64,000 nucleotides of DNA from Roseburia sp. (GTDB taxonomy: Bacteria; Bacillota; Clostridia; Lachnospirales; Lachnospiraceae): assembly GCA_017937095.1 (NCBI GenBank), contig JAGBEG010000012.1, forward strand, positions 168,101 to 232,100. Direction: 5' to 3'. The notes beneath the pieces were generated by a model. That model saw only the letters and a program-made list of their open reading frames with translations. It had not been told where the DNA came from and made no database searches. Shown here piece by piece: positions 1 to 7,874 of this stretch. The translations under genes and the position numbers were made by a program. Position 1 is the first letter of the stretch; every line of letters begins with the position of its first letter.

Positions 1-922
1 CATTCTCATCCGTTACCATGTAAGTGATCTCATACTCGCCCGCCGCCTCAAGGTCAACTGCCGCAGAATCGCACACAATATTCGCCGTGATATCATTCCC
101 ATTGCTGTCCGCCGCCGTCACGCCGTCAAGGTAATCAATCTCATCTGCCTCAGTACCGACTGTCACGGTAATGTCTTCGATACCGGAAAGCTCCGGCGCA
201 TCCCCAACCACAATATGTACACTTACCTCCGTGCTGTTGCCGGATGCATCCGTTACGGTAAGCGTATTGTCATATTCGCCCGTCTCCGGGTAGATTACAT
301 ATGTATTGCTGCAGATGACATCGCCGATTACAAATTCCGCCTCCGGCTCTGCTGTCTCGGTGGATTCTGTGGAGTCAACAGCGCTTTCCGTCCCTTCCTC
401 TGTTTCGGTCGCATCTACTGCTTCGGTATTCCCAGCTTCCTCCGTTGACTCCTCCGCTATCTCGGTATTTTCCAGCGATTCTGTTCCCTCGGCAGTCTCT
501 GCACCATCCACGGTTTCCGGCTCTGAAAATGTCACTTCCACTTCTCCGCCAAGCTCTGTGATTCCTGTAATGACATCCTTTGCATAGAGCGGCTCACCCG
601 CTGCCGCAACGATCTGATCTGCAACCGTTACCTCCGGTGCAGTCGTATCTACAACAACGACATCAAAGCCTGCCGTCTGATCCTTATACGTCACAGTCGC
701 GCTGTACGTACCCACCTTTGTCATGTCAACTGCCGAAAAGTCAACCGTTGCTTCTGCGGCTACATCCGCATCCGCTACATAAGTTGCCACCGCCGTGTCC
801 AGCTCACTGCCAAGTTCTGCCTCGACCTGATTCGCGGTAAGCTCCAATTCCTTTGCTCCGCAGGCACTTACTCCAAGTGTTGCCATTACTGCTAATGTTG
901 CTAATACTTCTCTCTTTTTCAT
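1..922 (-). CDS. Lipoprotein with bacterial Ig-like domains and an acidic linker (3' end outside window)
   Basis: Hand translation MKKREVLATLAVMATLGVSACGAKE...; lipobox VSAC; VDMTKVGTYSATVTY and DTTAPEV Ig-like motifs; RBS upstream; not in the ORF track because the stop is outside the window. Confidence 0.75.
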   Translation of the reverse strand, partial: MKKREVLATLAVMATLGVSACGAKELELTANQVEAELGSELDTAVATYVADADVAAEATVDFSAVDMTKVGTYSATVTYKDQTAGFDVVVVDTTAPEVTVADQIVAAAGEPLYAKDVITGITELGGEVEVTFSEPETVDGAETAEGTESLENTEIAEESTEEAGNTEAVDATETEEGTESAVDSTESTETAEPEAEFVIGDVICSNTYVIYPETGEYDNTLTVTDASGNSTEVSVHIVVGDAPELSGIEDITVTVGTEADEIDYLDGVTAADSNGNDITANIVCDSAAVDLEAAGEYEITYMVTDEN

Positions 923-960
923 AATCTTTTCTCTCCTTTATGTATTTTCATTTTGGGTTA

Positions 961-989
961 TTGAAAAAATATGGTATATTGCATATAAT
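961..989 (+). promoter_or_regulatory. sigma70-type promoter of antisense sRNA 1
   Basis: TTGAAA(961-966)-17 nt-TATAAT(984-989). Confidence 0.7.
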
Positions 990-994
990 ATACT

Positions 995-1100
995 TAGCAA
1001 GGGAGTCGGAAGATAGATGAAGCCTATCCGTCCCGACGAAAAATATTTACAAGTTACAAATAACCGTCGATTCTGCCAGGGACCGGGCGGTTATTTTTTG
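995..1100 (+). ncRNA. Putative type I antitoxin sRNA 1
   Basis: Promoter upstream, no ORF, ends in hairpin AATAACCG...CGGTTATTTTTT convergent with and overlapping the toxin 1 stop. Confidence 0.6.
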
Positions 1101-1177
1101 CTCTTAAAATTACTAATGAGCGTAATCACAGCACATAACATGATGATGAAAGCAAACAAGTCGCTATATGTAACCAT
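1091..1177 (-). CDS. Type I toxin-like small hydrophobic peptide (28 aa, MVTYSDLFAFIIMLCAVITLISNFKSKK)
   Basis: RBS AAGGGGATGG; one TM helix plus basic tail, typical of holin-like/Fst-like type I toxins. Confidence 0.75.
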   Translation of the reverse strand: MVTYSDLFAFIIMLCAVITLISNFKSKK

Positions 1178-1332
1178 GATACCATCCCCTTTCTGCAAGG
1201 TTCCAGAACAGATGGCACAACCGCCCACCAACTTCCTTGGTAAGCATATTATATTGTCAAAGTCCTCTTTTCCTTATTTTACAATATCATGTGTCCAATT
1301 CTTGGGACAGGTCGGAATTTTTGTCTGAAATA

Positions 1333-1361
1333 TTGACGAAATGGGTGGGAAATGATATTAT
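1333..1361 (+). promoter_or_regulatory. Promoter of antisense sRNA 2
   Basis: TTGACG-17 nt-TATTAT with extended TG. Confidence 0.7.
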
Positions 1362-1366
1362 CATCT

Positions 1367-1460
1367 TAGAGGTGCTACCGATAGACGGTTAGCCCGATTA
1401 ACTTTTTATGTTACTTTGAAAGTAACCGCTAAGTTTGCGAGGCTTGGGCGGTTATTTTCT
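1367..1460 (+). ncRNA. Putative type I antitoxin sRNA 2
   Basis: Promoter upstream; terminator TAACCGC...GCGGTTATTTT overlapping the toxin 2 stop. Confidence 0.6.
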
Positions 1461-1550
1461 TTTGCCATTGTTTCTGCCTAAGGCATAAAACAAGGTGGCA
1501 ACGCTTATTAATAAGCCAGTGAATTGTATCAATTCGCTTAACGTTATCAT
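1452..1550 (-). CDS. Type I toxin-like peptide (32 aa, MITLSELIQFTGLLISVATLFYALGRNNGKRK)
   Basis: RBS GAGGAGG; TM helix plus basic tail; similar to toxins 1 and 3. Confidence 0.75.
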   Translation of the reverse strand: MITLSELIQFTGLLISVATLFYALGRNNGKRK

Positions 1551-1678
1551 TCAGCATCCCTCCTCTTACGTACGATTTCTTCCGACTTATCCGTCTGCAA
1601 AGAGCGGTTTATGTAATCAGAGGGTTCAGTCCCTCTGTCGAGGGCTAACCGCCTACCGTTTCTGGTAGCACTGGTTGA

Positions 1679-1707
1679 ATTATACCATTTTCTCCCAGTT
1701 CCTTCAA
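1679..1707 (-). promoter_or_regulatory. Promoter of toxin 2 mRNA
   Basis: Minus strand TTGAAG-17 nt-TATAAT with extended TG. Confidence 0.7.
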
Positions 1708-1894
1708 TATGTATTAATTTCTTTTGTAGTATACACCTTATTCTCTCTGTTATCTAGCCCATTTTGCTTACTTTCGTAAATTATTCACAATACACTTCCA
1801 ACTCTTTCTGACTCTTTCCGATATCATATCCTTCCTTCGGTTTTGCGTATTAATCTATGCCTTTCTATATATTATCATAATTATATTTATATTT

Positions 1895-1930
1895 CAATAA
1901 TAATCTACGCTATTCTGTAGATTATTATTG
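1895..1930. repeat. Perfect 14-bp inverted repeat upstream of the HTH gene
   Basis: CAATAATAATCTAC-8 nt-GTAGATTATTATTG. Confidence 0.7.
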
Positions 1931-1976
1931 TTTTTTCCAAATATACATGTTACACTAAGAAAAAAGAGGTACGAAC

Positions 1977-2192
1977 ATGGCTATCAAATATTATAAAATG
2001 CTGGATTTAATGAACCGACAAGGTATTGGCAAAGAGGAACTTCGCAAACGAATCAATGCCTCTCCAAGTACGATTGCTAAATTTTCCAAAAACGAATATG
2101 TATCATTGGAAATCATCAATAAAATCTGCGGTGTGCTAAATTGCCAGCCCGGAGATTTATTAGAGTATACCCCTGACGAAAAGATTGACTGA
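1977..2192 (+). CDS. Cro/C1-type (XRE, HTH_26-like) transcriptional regulator
   Basis: SPSTIAKFSKNEYVSLEIINKICGVLNCQPGDLLEY signature; RBS GAGGT. Confidence 0.85.
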   Translation: MAIKYYKMLDLMNRQGIGKEELRKRINASPSTIAKFSKNEYVSLEIINKICGVLNCQPGDLLEYTPDEKID

Positions 2193-2213
2193 TACTCCCA
2201 GAAGTGCTATAGT
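2185..2213 (+). promoter_or_regulatory. Promoter of antisense sRNA 3
   Basis: TTGACT-17 nt-TATAGT with extended TG; overlaps the HTH stop codon. Confidence 0.7.
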
Positions 2214-2218
2214 AAAGA

Positions 2219-2312
2219 CACAGAAGGGAAACCGGAAGCGGTAAGCCCGGACAATGTTTACAGCTTAATTTTTCAAGCCGTCACATTTGCGAGATGTGGC
2301 GGCTACTTTCTT
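2219..2312 (+). ncRNA. Putative type I antitoxin sRNA 3
   Basis: Promoter upstream; hairpin AGCCGTCACAT-7 nt-ATGTGGCGGCT (2276-2304) flanked by T-runs, overlapping the toxin 3 stop. Confidence 0.6.
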
Positions 2313-2395
2313 TTGTCCCTGAAAATCTGATAACACAGACCGACAAGGGCAACAATGAGTATACAAAATTGGATCAACTCCGCATATGTAACCAT
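2303..2395 (-). CDS. Type I toxin-like peptide (30 aa, MVTYAELIQFCILIVALVGLCYQIFRDKRK)
   Basis: RBS AAGGAGG; TM helix plus basic tail. Confidence 0.75.
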   Translation of the reverse strand: MVTYAELIQFCILIVALVGLCYQIFRDKRK

Positions 2396-2478
2396 TGGCA
2401 ACCCTCCTTTCTTTCGTCTGGAGGGTTTTACCCCTCCTTAAAGAGGGCAAGCCGCCTCGCTTTGGTTTCCCTGCCATC

Positions 2479-2507
2479 ATTATAACATCTTCCGACAGGA
2501 ACTACAA
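2479..2507 (-). promoter_or_regulatory. Promoter of toxin 3 mRNA
   Basis: Minus strand TTGTAG-17 nt-TATAAT with extended TG. Confidence 0.7.
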
Positions 2508-2519
2508 TTCATCATTCTA

Positions 2520-3092
2520 TTAATTCATCTCTGCATAATACGTTAATTCTTGCGTCACAGGCTGCGAAAAGTCTGCGAGATATCCATTTGCATCCGTCCA
2601 TCCGGCTACGCCCTGCGGAGTCACCGGCGCACTGATCAGATCCCCCTCGAGCACCACACATGATTTGTACAGTACATTCCCTACATAAAACCTTACCTTA
2701 TAGCTCTCCGGTTCCGGTTGATCGACTTTATTTAAGATGACGGTACGCTCGCATTCCGTCGTACCTTCCCTTCCATTCGGGTGCTTAAATTCCTCCGTCA
2801 CCCGTATCGACATTATCGCTTTCTCTTTATCTGCTGCCAGCACCTCAATACGAATGTCCGAATCCGTATCCAGTGTTTTCATCAGTCCTTCCGCCATATA
2901 CGCTATATACGCATTACGATCATTGATCGTGTAATTCTTCTCCGCCAGATTTTCGACCGTCTCCTCAACAGCCGATGGCAGATTGCTCTTAATCTCCATG
3001 CTCCGGTTTGTCCGCCCTCCTACTGTCATTACGATTGCCAGTGTCAGCACACCAATAAGCGCACTCACAATCACCATTACCACATTTTTCAT
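2520..3092 (-). CDS. Tad-locus minor pilin/pseudopilin-like protein
   Basis: N-terminal hydrophobic helix followed by a soluble domain; last gene of the cpaF operon. Confidence 0.55.
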   Translation of the reverse strand: MKNVVMVIVSALIGVLTLAIVMTVGGRTNRSMEIKSNLPSAVEETVENLAEKNYTINDRNAYIAYMAEGLMKTLDTDSDIRIEVLAADKEKAIMSIRVTEEFKHPNGREGTTECERTVILNKVDQPEPESYKVRFYVGNVLYKSCVVLEGDLISAPVTPQGVAGWTDANGYLADFSQPVTQELTYYAEMN

Positions 3093-3105
3093 CTTCTGCC
3101 ACCAC

Positions 3106-3588
3106 CTATCTGCTCACCGGTATCTGTACATCACACACGACCTTCCGGTTCCACGCATCCGTCGCCGCCACCCGGATTTCGTAAATTCCCGGACGGTCAA
3201 AGCTGACTTCCGCCGCATCCGCATTATAACAGCCCGCCAGCTCCGCGCCGGACCGCCTTTTTACACTAAGCACGTCAAGTGCAAGCTCTGTGCCGTCCCA
3301 TGCCCTCGCACTAATATAATCTGTAAGCTTATTCGTGCCAGTCTGCATCGTGCCGGCGCCCGTATAGCTTATGACAGGTGGCAGACAGTCACTTTCTACC
3401 GCATATGTCTCATAATCCGTATATGTCTCATAATCCGTATCCCAGGTCGTAAGATGTGCTCCGACAATCTGTATAATGCCCTTGTTTCCTTCCGCATCCG
3501 TCACATTTACGAATAAAAAGGCTATCAGAATTCCCAGGACTAGCGCATCCACAAGAAATTTCCCGTATTCATTAATAATCTTTTCCAT
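3106..3588 (-). CDS. Tad-locus minor pilin-like protein with C-terminal Ig-like domain
   Basis: MEKIINEYG then TM helix; PGIYEIRVAATD Ig-like motif. Confidence 0.55.
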   Translation of the reverse strand: MEKIINEYGKFLVDALVLGILIAFLFVNVTDAEGNKGIIQIVGAHLTTWDTDYETYTDYETYAVESDCLPPVISYTGAGTMQTGTNKLTDYISARAWDGTELALDVLSVKRRSGAELAGCYNADAAEVSFDRPGIYEIRVAATDAWNRKVVCDVQIPVSR

Positions 3589-3603
3589 ACATCCTCCTGT
3601 GCA

Positions 3604-3756
3604 TTACATAACCCCGCATATACTGTCCATATAACTACGAACAATATCATTGACCACGCCTCCCGGTGCAATGTAGCTAAAATAAATATTAATTCCAAGC
3701 ACCCCTGCGATCAAAGCTAAGAATCCCACGCCAAAATGTTCTGCGATTTTTTCCAT
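3604..3756 (-). CDS. Small Flp-like pilin (50 aa, MEKIAEHFGVGFLALIAGVLGINIYF...)
   Basis: Hand-translated; RBS GGAGG; similar to the 7230-7403 peptide. Confidence 0.6.
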   Translation of the reverse strand: MEKIAEHFGVGFLALIAGVLGINIYFSYIAPGGVVNDIVRSYMDSICGVM

Positions 3757-3771
3757 ATCAGCCTCCAAAAC

Positions 3772-3879
3772 CTAAAATGATGTCACGAAGTTTAAGATCT
3801 CCATGACCATAACACATGCGGCTGCTCCGCCAAATAAGCCGAGCAGCGCATTACCAATTTCTCCGACTACGATTTTCAA
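3772..3879 (-). CDS. Small pilin-like peptide (35 aa, TTG start, MKIVVGEIGNALLGLFGGAAACVMVMEILNFVTSF)
   Basis: Hand-translated; fills the operon gap; hydrophobic; Gly at position 9 like its neighbours. Confidence 0.45.
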   Translation of the reverse strand: MKIVVGEIGNALLGLFGGAAACVMVMEILNFVTSF

Positions 3880-4066
3880 CCATCATCACCCACCAATCAT
3901 TTATCATTGCTGTCAACTGATCCCTAAATATTAGTACAAGTACAATCAGCACAACAAGAATAAGTATCAGCCCTACAATATTCCCCTGATCCGCCATTAA
4001 CACGTACGTACCCAAAAAGAGCAATGGCGCTCCGACAAAACCTGCCAATATTAAGACTATATGCAT
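3851..4066 (-). CDS. Small two-TM membrane protein; second helix resembles Flp1-like pilins
   Basis: RBS GAGGT; GNIVGLILILVVLIVLVLIFRDQL segment. Confidence 0.5.
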   Translation of the reverse strand: MHIVLILAGFVGAPLLFLGTYVLMADQGNIVGLILILVVLIVLVLIFRDQLTAMINDWWVMMVENRSRRNW

Positions 4067-4068
4067 TC

Positions 4069-4404
4069 TTACCTCGCAATCCCCCGCGTGCTCCTAGTAT
4101 CTGTGATTCCGAACACCGGCATTTTATACTCATACTTTAAAAGGACCTCTGCGGTCTGGATATCATGATCCGCATCATATGTATACCCGCTCACCGTAAG
4201 CTCATAGCCATTCGCCGATGCCTGCGCAATGCACGCATTGATCACATTTGGATTAAAGTTGCTGTTCTCAATCTCCGCGATCACATCCGCTTTATACTCC
4301 TTCGCTGCTGCTGTCTGTCCAGTCACGGAAATCATCGCAGCACAGCCTAACAAATTAAGGACAATTACAATCAGAATGGAAAACGCTTCTACAATATGCT
4401 TCAT
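4069..4404 (-). CDS. TadE-like pseudopilin
   Basis: N-terminal TM helix; C-terminal EVLLKYEYKMPVFG strand typical of TadE-like proteins; start moved to ATG 4404 (RBS GGAGGTG). Confidence 0.6.
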   Translation of the reverse strand: MKHIVEAFSILIVIVLNLLGCAAMISVTGQTAAAKEYKADVIAEIENSNFNPNVINACIAQASANGYELTVSGYTYDADHDIQTAEVLLKYEYKMPVFGITDTRSTRGIAR

Positions 4405-4405
4405 A

Positions 4406-5965
4406 TTAAACACCTCCCATATTTCCGAGCATGCTCATCATATAGACCATACCGAGCGTAAGATCGATGAGCAGCTTGACTGTCGCAGCAAGCACCGGAT
4501 AAGAAAAAATGGTCTTCATACGGAAAGCGATGCTTGCATCCCTCTTTTCGTCCGCCATGACCTGCATCTCATTTACCCGGTGCAGCATATTCGATATCTG
4601 TACGTCTGCGTCCCCAGTACCTGCTTCTGCGATAGAGTGCAGCATCTTCATGATGCTCTGCGTCTCCGGAGCGTCAAAATCCCTGCAGAAATCCGTATAT
4701 GCTGCCAGGGAATCCGGCGCCACCGCCAACCGATCATTAAGCTGCAGCAATTCCTCACGCAATAGTACCGGAGCACTCTCAATTGATTTCGCAATCGATA
4801 CCTGTACATTGTTATGCTGCAGGAGAAGTGCCATCTGAATCATCCATTGCGGCAATGTTGCGTATAATTCTTCGTTCACATCCTTCTTTGCCAGGTTATA
4901 TCCGACCTTATGCTGCACGAGCATAAATGCCCCAATAACCAGGCAGGCGACTGCAAGCCATTTCTTATAAAAAAGATAGACAGGTATGGCAGCAATCAGA
5001 AACGGTGCTGCATAAAGCAGACTCTTGCGCTTTTCCGCCGCCTCATCATAATGTTTGATGTTATCATAGCTGTCCAATATCATTTTCTCACTATGTAGTC
5101 CATCTACCTTTAGCCAGTCCGACGTTAGACTGCGAAAACTCTTTGCCAATACAAAGAGCATGCATAACAAGAAGAAAAATGACGACAGTTGAATGATCGG
5201 CATCTGCATGATCACCACGTCCGTTGCCGCCGCCGGAAACAATATGCTCATGCCATCCATGACATACAGCGCTACCGCACAGAGGATGGTTGCTACCACA
5301 ATGGATATGATATTATCCGTATGCCCCTGCTTCTTCTGCGCCTGCAGCTTATAGCCCCGCCTCTTCCACAACTCAATGTCCTCCAGAAGAATCAGGATTG
5401 CCTTGTCAATGTTTCCGCCGTACTGTTCACCGCTGATGAGCGTATCATGCACTGTGCGCAGCTTCGTGTTGTCATATAACTGTTCTATCATCTCAAGACC
5501 CTCCCGGACAAATCCCTGCTCTGTCCGGCTTACGCCTGCTTCCAGATAAGCGATTGCCCCGTCGATTGCATCCTGCATCTGTCCTGGTTCGAATATTTCC
5601 CTCGTCTCTTTCAACGCCGAAAGAATCTTTCCGTCCTTCTGGTACGCATAGAGCATCTGTTCCATATACTCGCATACGTCCGAAAAGCGCATCTGCTCGT
5701 ACATTTTTTTGTACCCGTCCAATACCAATACCGGAAGCATGATAAATACTGCAGCCATTGCAATTACAAGGTACAACGGGGCAAGTTTGAAAATGATTCC
5801 GATTACCCCAATGCCAAGGAGTGAACATATAATCAGGAGTACATGCGATTTCCAGCTAAAGTTGTAGCCATACATATGTACTTCCTTCTCAAGATTCCTT
5901 GGATTAAGCAGGCTTAAATTCTTCTGAAGCCTTCCCTGTCCGCTTCTTTTATTTATCCTTTTCAT
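4406..5965 (-). CDS. Fused TadB/TadC-like (T2SS F-family) inner-membrane platform
   Basis: Two T2SSF-like halves with several TM helices, directly after cpaF; start probably 5965 (ORF track 6007). Confidence 0.7.
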   Translation of the reverse strand: MKRINKRSGQGRLQKNLSLLNPRNLEKEVHMYGYNFSWKSHVLLIICSLLGIGVIGIIFKLAPLYLVIAMAAVFIMLPVLVLDGYKKMYEQMRFSDVCEYMEQMLYAYQKDGKILSALKETREIFEPGQMQDAIDGAIAYLEAGVSRTEQGFVREGLEMIEQLYDNTKLRTVHDTLISGEQYGGNIDKAILILLEDIELWKRRGYKLQAQKKQGHTDNIISIVVATILCAVALYVMDGMSILFPAAATDVVIMQMPIIQLSSFFFLLCMLFVLAKSFRSLTSDWLKVDGLHSEKMILDSYDNIKHYDEAAEKRKSLLYAAPFLIAAIPVYLFYKKWLAVACLVIGAFMLVQHKVGYNLAKKDVNEELYATLPQWMIQMALLLQHNNVQVSIAKSIESAPVLLREELLQLNDRLAVAPDSLAAYTDFCRDFDAPETQSIMKMLHSIAEAGTGDADVQISNMLHRVNEMQVMADEKRDASIAFRMKTIFSYPVLAATVKLLIDLTLGMVYMMSMLGNMGGV

Positions 5966-5970
5966 CTGTG

Positions 5971-7029
5971 TTATTTGCCCTCCTTGATGTATTTCTCCAG
6001 ATCGCACTGATATGGATCATCTATTCCTGCCAGCTTCATTTTCTTATTGATATCCGGCGGCAGCTCCTTCGATACCAGTTCTCCGTCATCCACAACCATG
6101 TAGATTCGGTTCTCCTGTCCCTCTCTACTGTAAAAGCAAAGCTGATCGATATACCGTCTGGTCTTCCCGCCCGGCTCATCCACACGCCGGATCAGGATGC
6201 CGATATTCACATATCGGTAGATGCGATTTTCCATGCGTGTCGCATCGTTGACATCATTCATCATGTTCTGGATGCGGTCAGGCAGCTTCCTCAGATCGTC
6301 CAGATGGATCGTCGTAAAACCATTCACGCCGGTGCTCCACTGCTCCAATAGAGACGTCACTTCGACCGACCTTGCCTCCGAGAGCATCAGCCATTTCGGA
6401 TTCTGCCGGAGACATGTCTTGATTGCATCTGTGTAAGTAAATCCATCCCCTACCCGAAGTTCGACCGCATCTGCTTCCGGATTGATATCCGGATAATGGA
6501 TTTCAAAGGAATCTTCAATGGTGATGACCCTCTCCTCTCTCGGAATAAATTGCATATAAAACTTTGCCAGCTCGGTCTTCCCAGCGCCCGGTTCCCCGGC
6601 AAAAACAAAATTCATTTTTGCCAGCACACAGTTGATTAGTAAATTTAAGACTTCCCGATGGCAATATCTGTCGTCTAACATCTGCCGGATCGTATTTCTG
6701 ATAAGCGGCGGTGATTTCCGGATACAAATACTGATCCCCGTTCCTGTCACGGATTCATGTATAATGCTGATGCGCAGTTCTCTTGTATCCGCCTCCAAAG
6801 TTTTATTTGCATTATTGAACTGCTTATTAACGCAGTTTGCGATATTATGCGTAAATGCGATAAGGAAATTTGTTGTGATTTCCTCATTCGCCCTGTATCT
6901 TCCCTTTTTCAAATCCGTGATCCACAGTTTACGACCGTTATAGTCGATGTCCGTCACATCTGGATTTTCAATATATTTCCAGAAAACGCCGAACTGCTCT
7001 GCAGTCGGTTCAAATGTTATCTCACTCAT
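5971..7029 (-). CDS. cpaF: CpaF/TadA (VirB11-like) pilus assembly ATPase
   Basis: Walker A GEPGAGKT, ITIEDSFE, LRQNPKWLMLSEAR, GFTTIH motifs. Confidence 0.9.
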   Translation of the reverse strand: MSEITFEPTAEQFGVFWKYIENPDVTDIDYNGRKLWITDLKKGRYRANEEITTNFLIAFTHNIANCVNKQFNNANKTLEADTRELRISIIHESVTGTGISICIRKSPPLIRNTIRQMLDDRYCHREVLNLLINCVLAKMNFVFAGEPGAGKTELAKFYMQFIPREERVITIEDSFEIHYPDINPEADAVELRVGDGFTYTDAIKTCLRQNPKWLMLSEARSVEVTSLLEQWSTGVNGFTTIHLDDLRKLPDRIQNMMNDVNDATRMENRIYRYVNIGILIRRVDEPGGKTRRYIDQLCFYSREGQENRIYMVVDDGELVSKELPPDINKKMKLAGIDDPYQCDLEKYIKEGK

Positions 7030-7143
7030 AGTTCCTCTTTCTTTTTCCTCTTCTGCCGGTTTTCCCCTGTTGTTTTTCCTTGCTTTTCCTACTGATTTCT
7101 GTGTTTACCATACTTTTTACTTGTTTCACGCACCGCAAACGCC

Positions 7144-7229
7144 CAGCCCATGCGGCGGACAGGCTCTGCCTGTCTGGCCGGATGGACTGCATTGGCGTCT
7201 GCATGGCGTCTGCCTAGCAGACGCCATGC
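7144..7229. other. Two stable hairpins between the major pilin and cpaF
   Basis: Perfect 13-bp stem GCATGGCGTCTGC-CTA-GCAGACGCCATGC (7201-7229) and an imperfect stem at 7144-7189. Confidence 0.6.
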
Positions 7230-7403
7230 TTACGGTGTGCTGCCAATTGCGGACATATCACCGAAAAATCCGGTCAGCGCATCCTTGAATGCGAGGTCAA
7301 CATAACCTCCCGCCGAAAGCGCTGAAAGAATGATCGCGCCGAGCGCCAGTAAAACAACGATTGTAAGAATTGAATCGCCATAATGTTCCATTACCTTCTT
7401 CAT
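7230..7403 (-). CDS. Probable major Flp-like pilin (57 aa, MKKVMEHYGDSILTIVVLLALGAIIL...)
   Basis: First gene of the operon; RBS GGAGGTG before ATG 7403; TM helix; followed by a hairpin. Confidence 0.65.
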   Translation of the reverse strand: MKKVMEHYGDSILTIVVLLALGAIILSALSAGGYVDLAFKDALTGFFGDMSAIGSTP

Positions 7404-7439
7404 TGGACTCACCTCCTTTCCCTAATCACTGTCTCATTT

Positions 7440-7515
7440 ATCATACAGATAAAGCTTTTTTATTTCATCTGCCTAAAAGAAAAGTTTTCATTTCTTTTGT
7501 TTCTTATAGGAAACG
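7440..7515 (-). promoter_or_regulatory. Conserved transfer-operon promoter, copy A (Tad operon)
   Basis: -10 TATGAT (7440-7445) and box AAGAAAAGTTTT starting 7477; near-identical to 15967-16047. Confidence 0.7.
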
Positions 7516-7874
7516 TTTTCATTCAATGCACTTGCCATATGTTCTGACATTTTGAGAACAAATTCCACAGTCTGCGGGTTCGCCCCCTGCATGATTTCCT
7601 CGAATTTTTCTCCGTTTGTCAACATTTTAGGAACTTCTGTCAATTCCGTTGGCAATAAATCTGTTACCTCCATCCCAAATGCCGTCGCAATTTTAAGGAG
7701 TGCTCTCAGTCCAATCTCACATTGCTCTGCCTCCACCTTCGATATATGGCTTACTGACAAGTTGGAAATCTCTGCAAGACGTGCCATAGACAAGCCACGC
7801 CTTTGCCGTTCTCTGCGTATATTCTGACTGACCTCCTGCAGCATACCTTTTACCTCTTCATCTGATATTTGCAT
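7488..7874 (-). CDS. XRE-family HTH regulator
   Basis: IRRERQRRGLSMARLAEISNLSVSHISKVE; paralog of 33450-33890. Confidence 0.85.
   Translation of the reverse strand: MQISDEEVKGMLQEVSQNIRRERQRRGLSMARLAEISNLSVSHISKVEAEQCEIGLRALLKIATAFGMEVTDLLPTELTEVPKMLTNGEKFEEIMQGANPQTVEFVLKMSEHMASALNENVSYKKQKK

Noticed and set aside
1762-1821. 19-aa minus-strand ORF (MISERVRK...) near the HTH gene
   Set aside because: Has an RBS-like sequence but is too short and lacks toxin-like hydrophobicity; unsupported
7022-7204. 60-aa ORF between the pilin and cpaF
   Set aside because: No clear RBS; start lies inside a perfect hairpin; better explained as structured intergenic RNA
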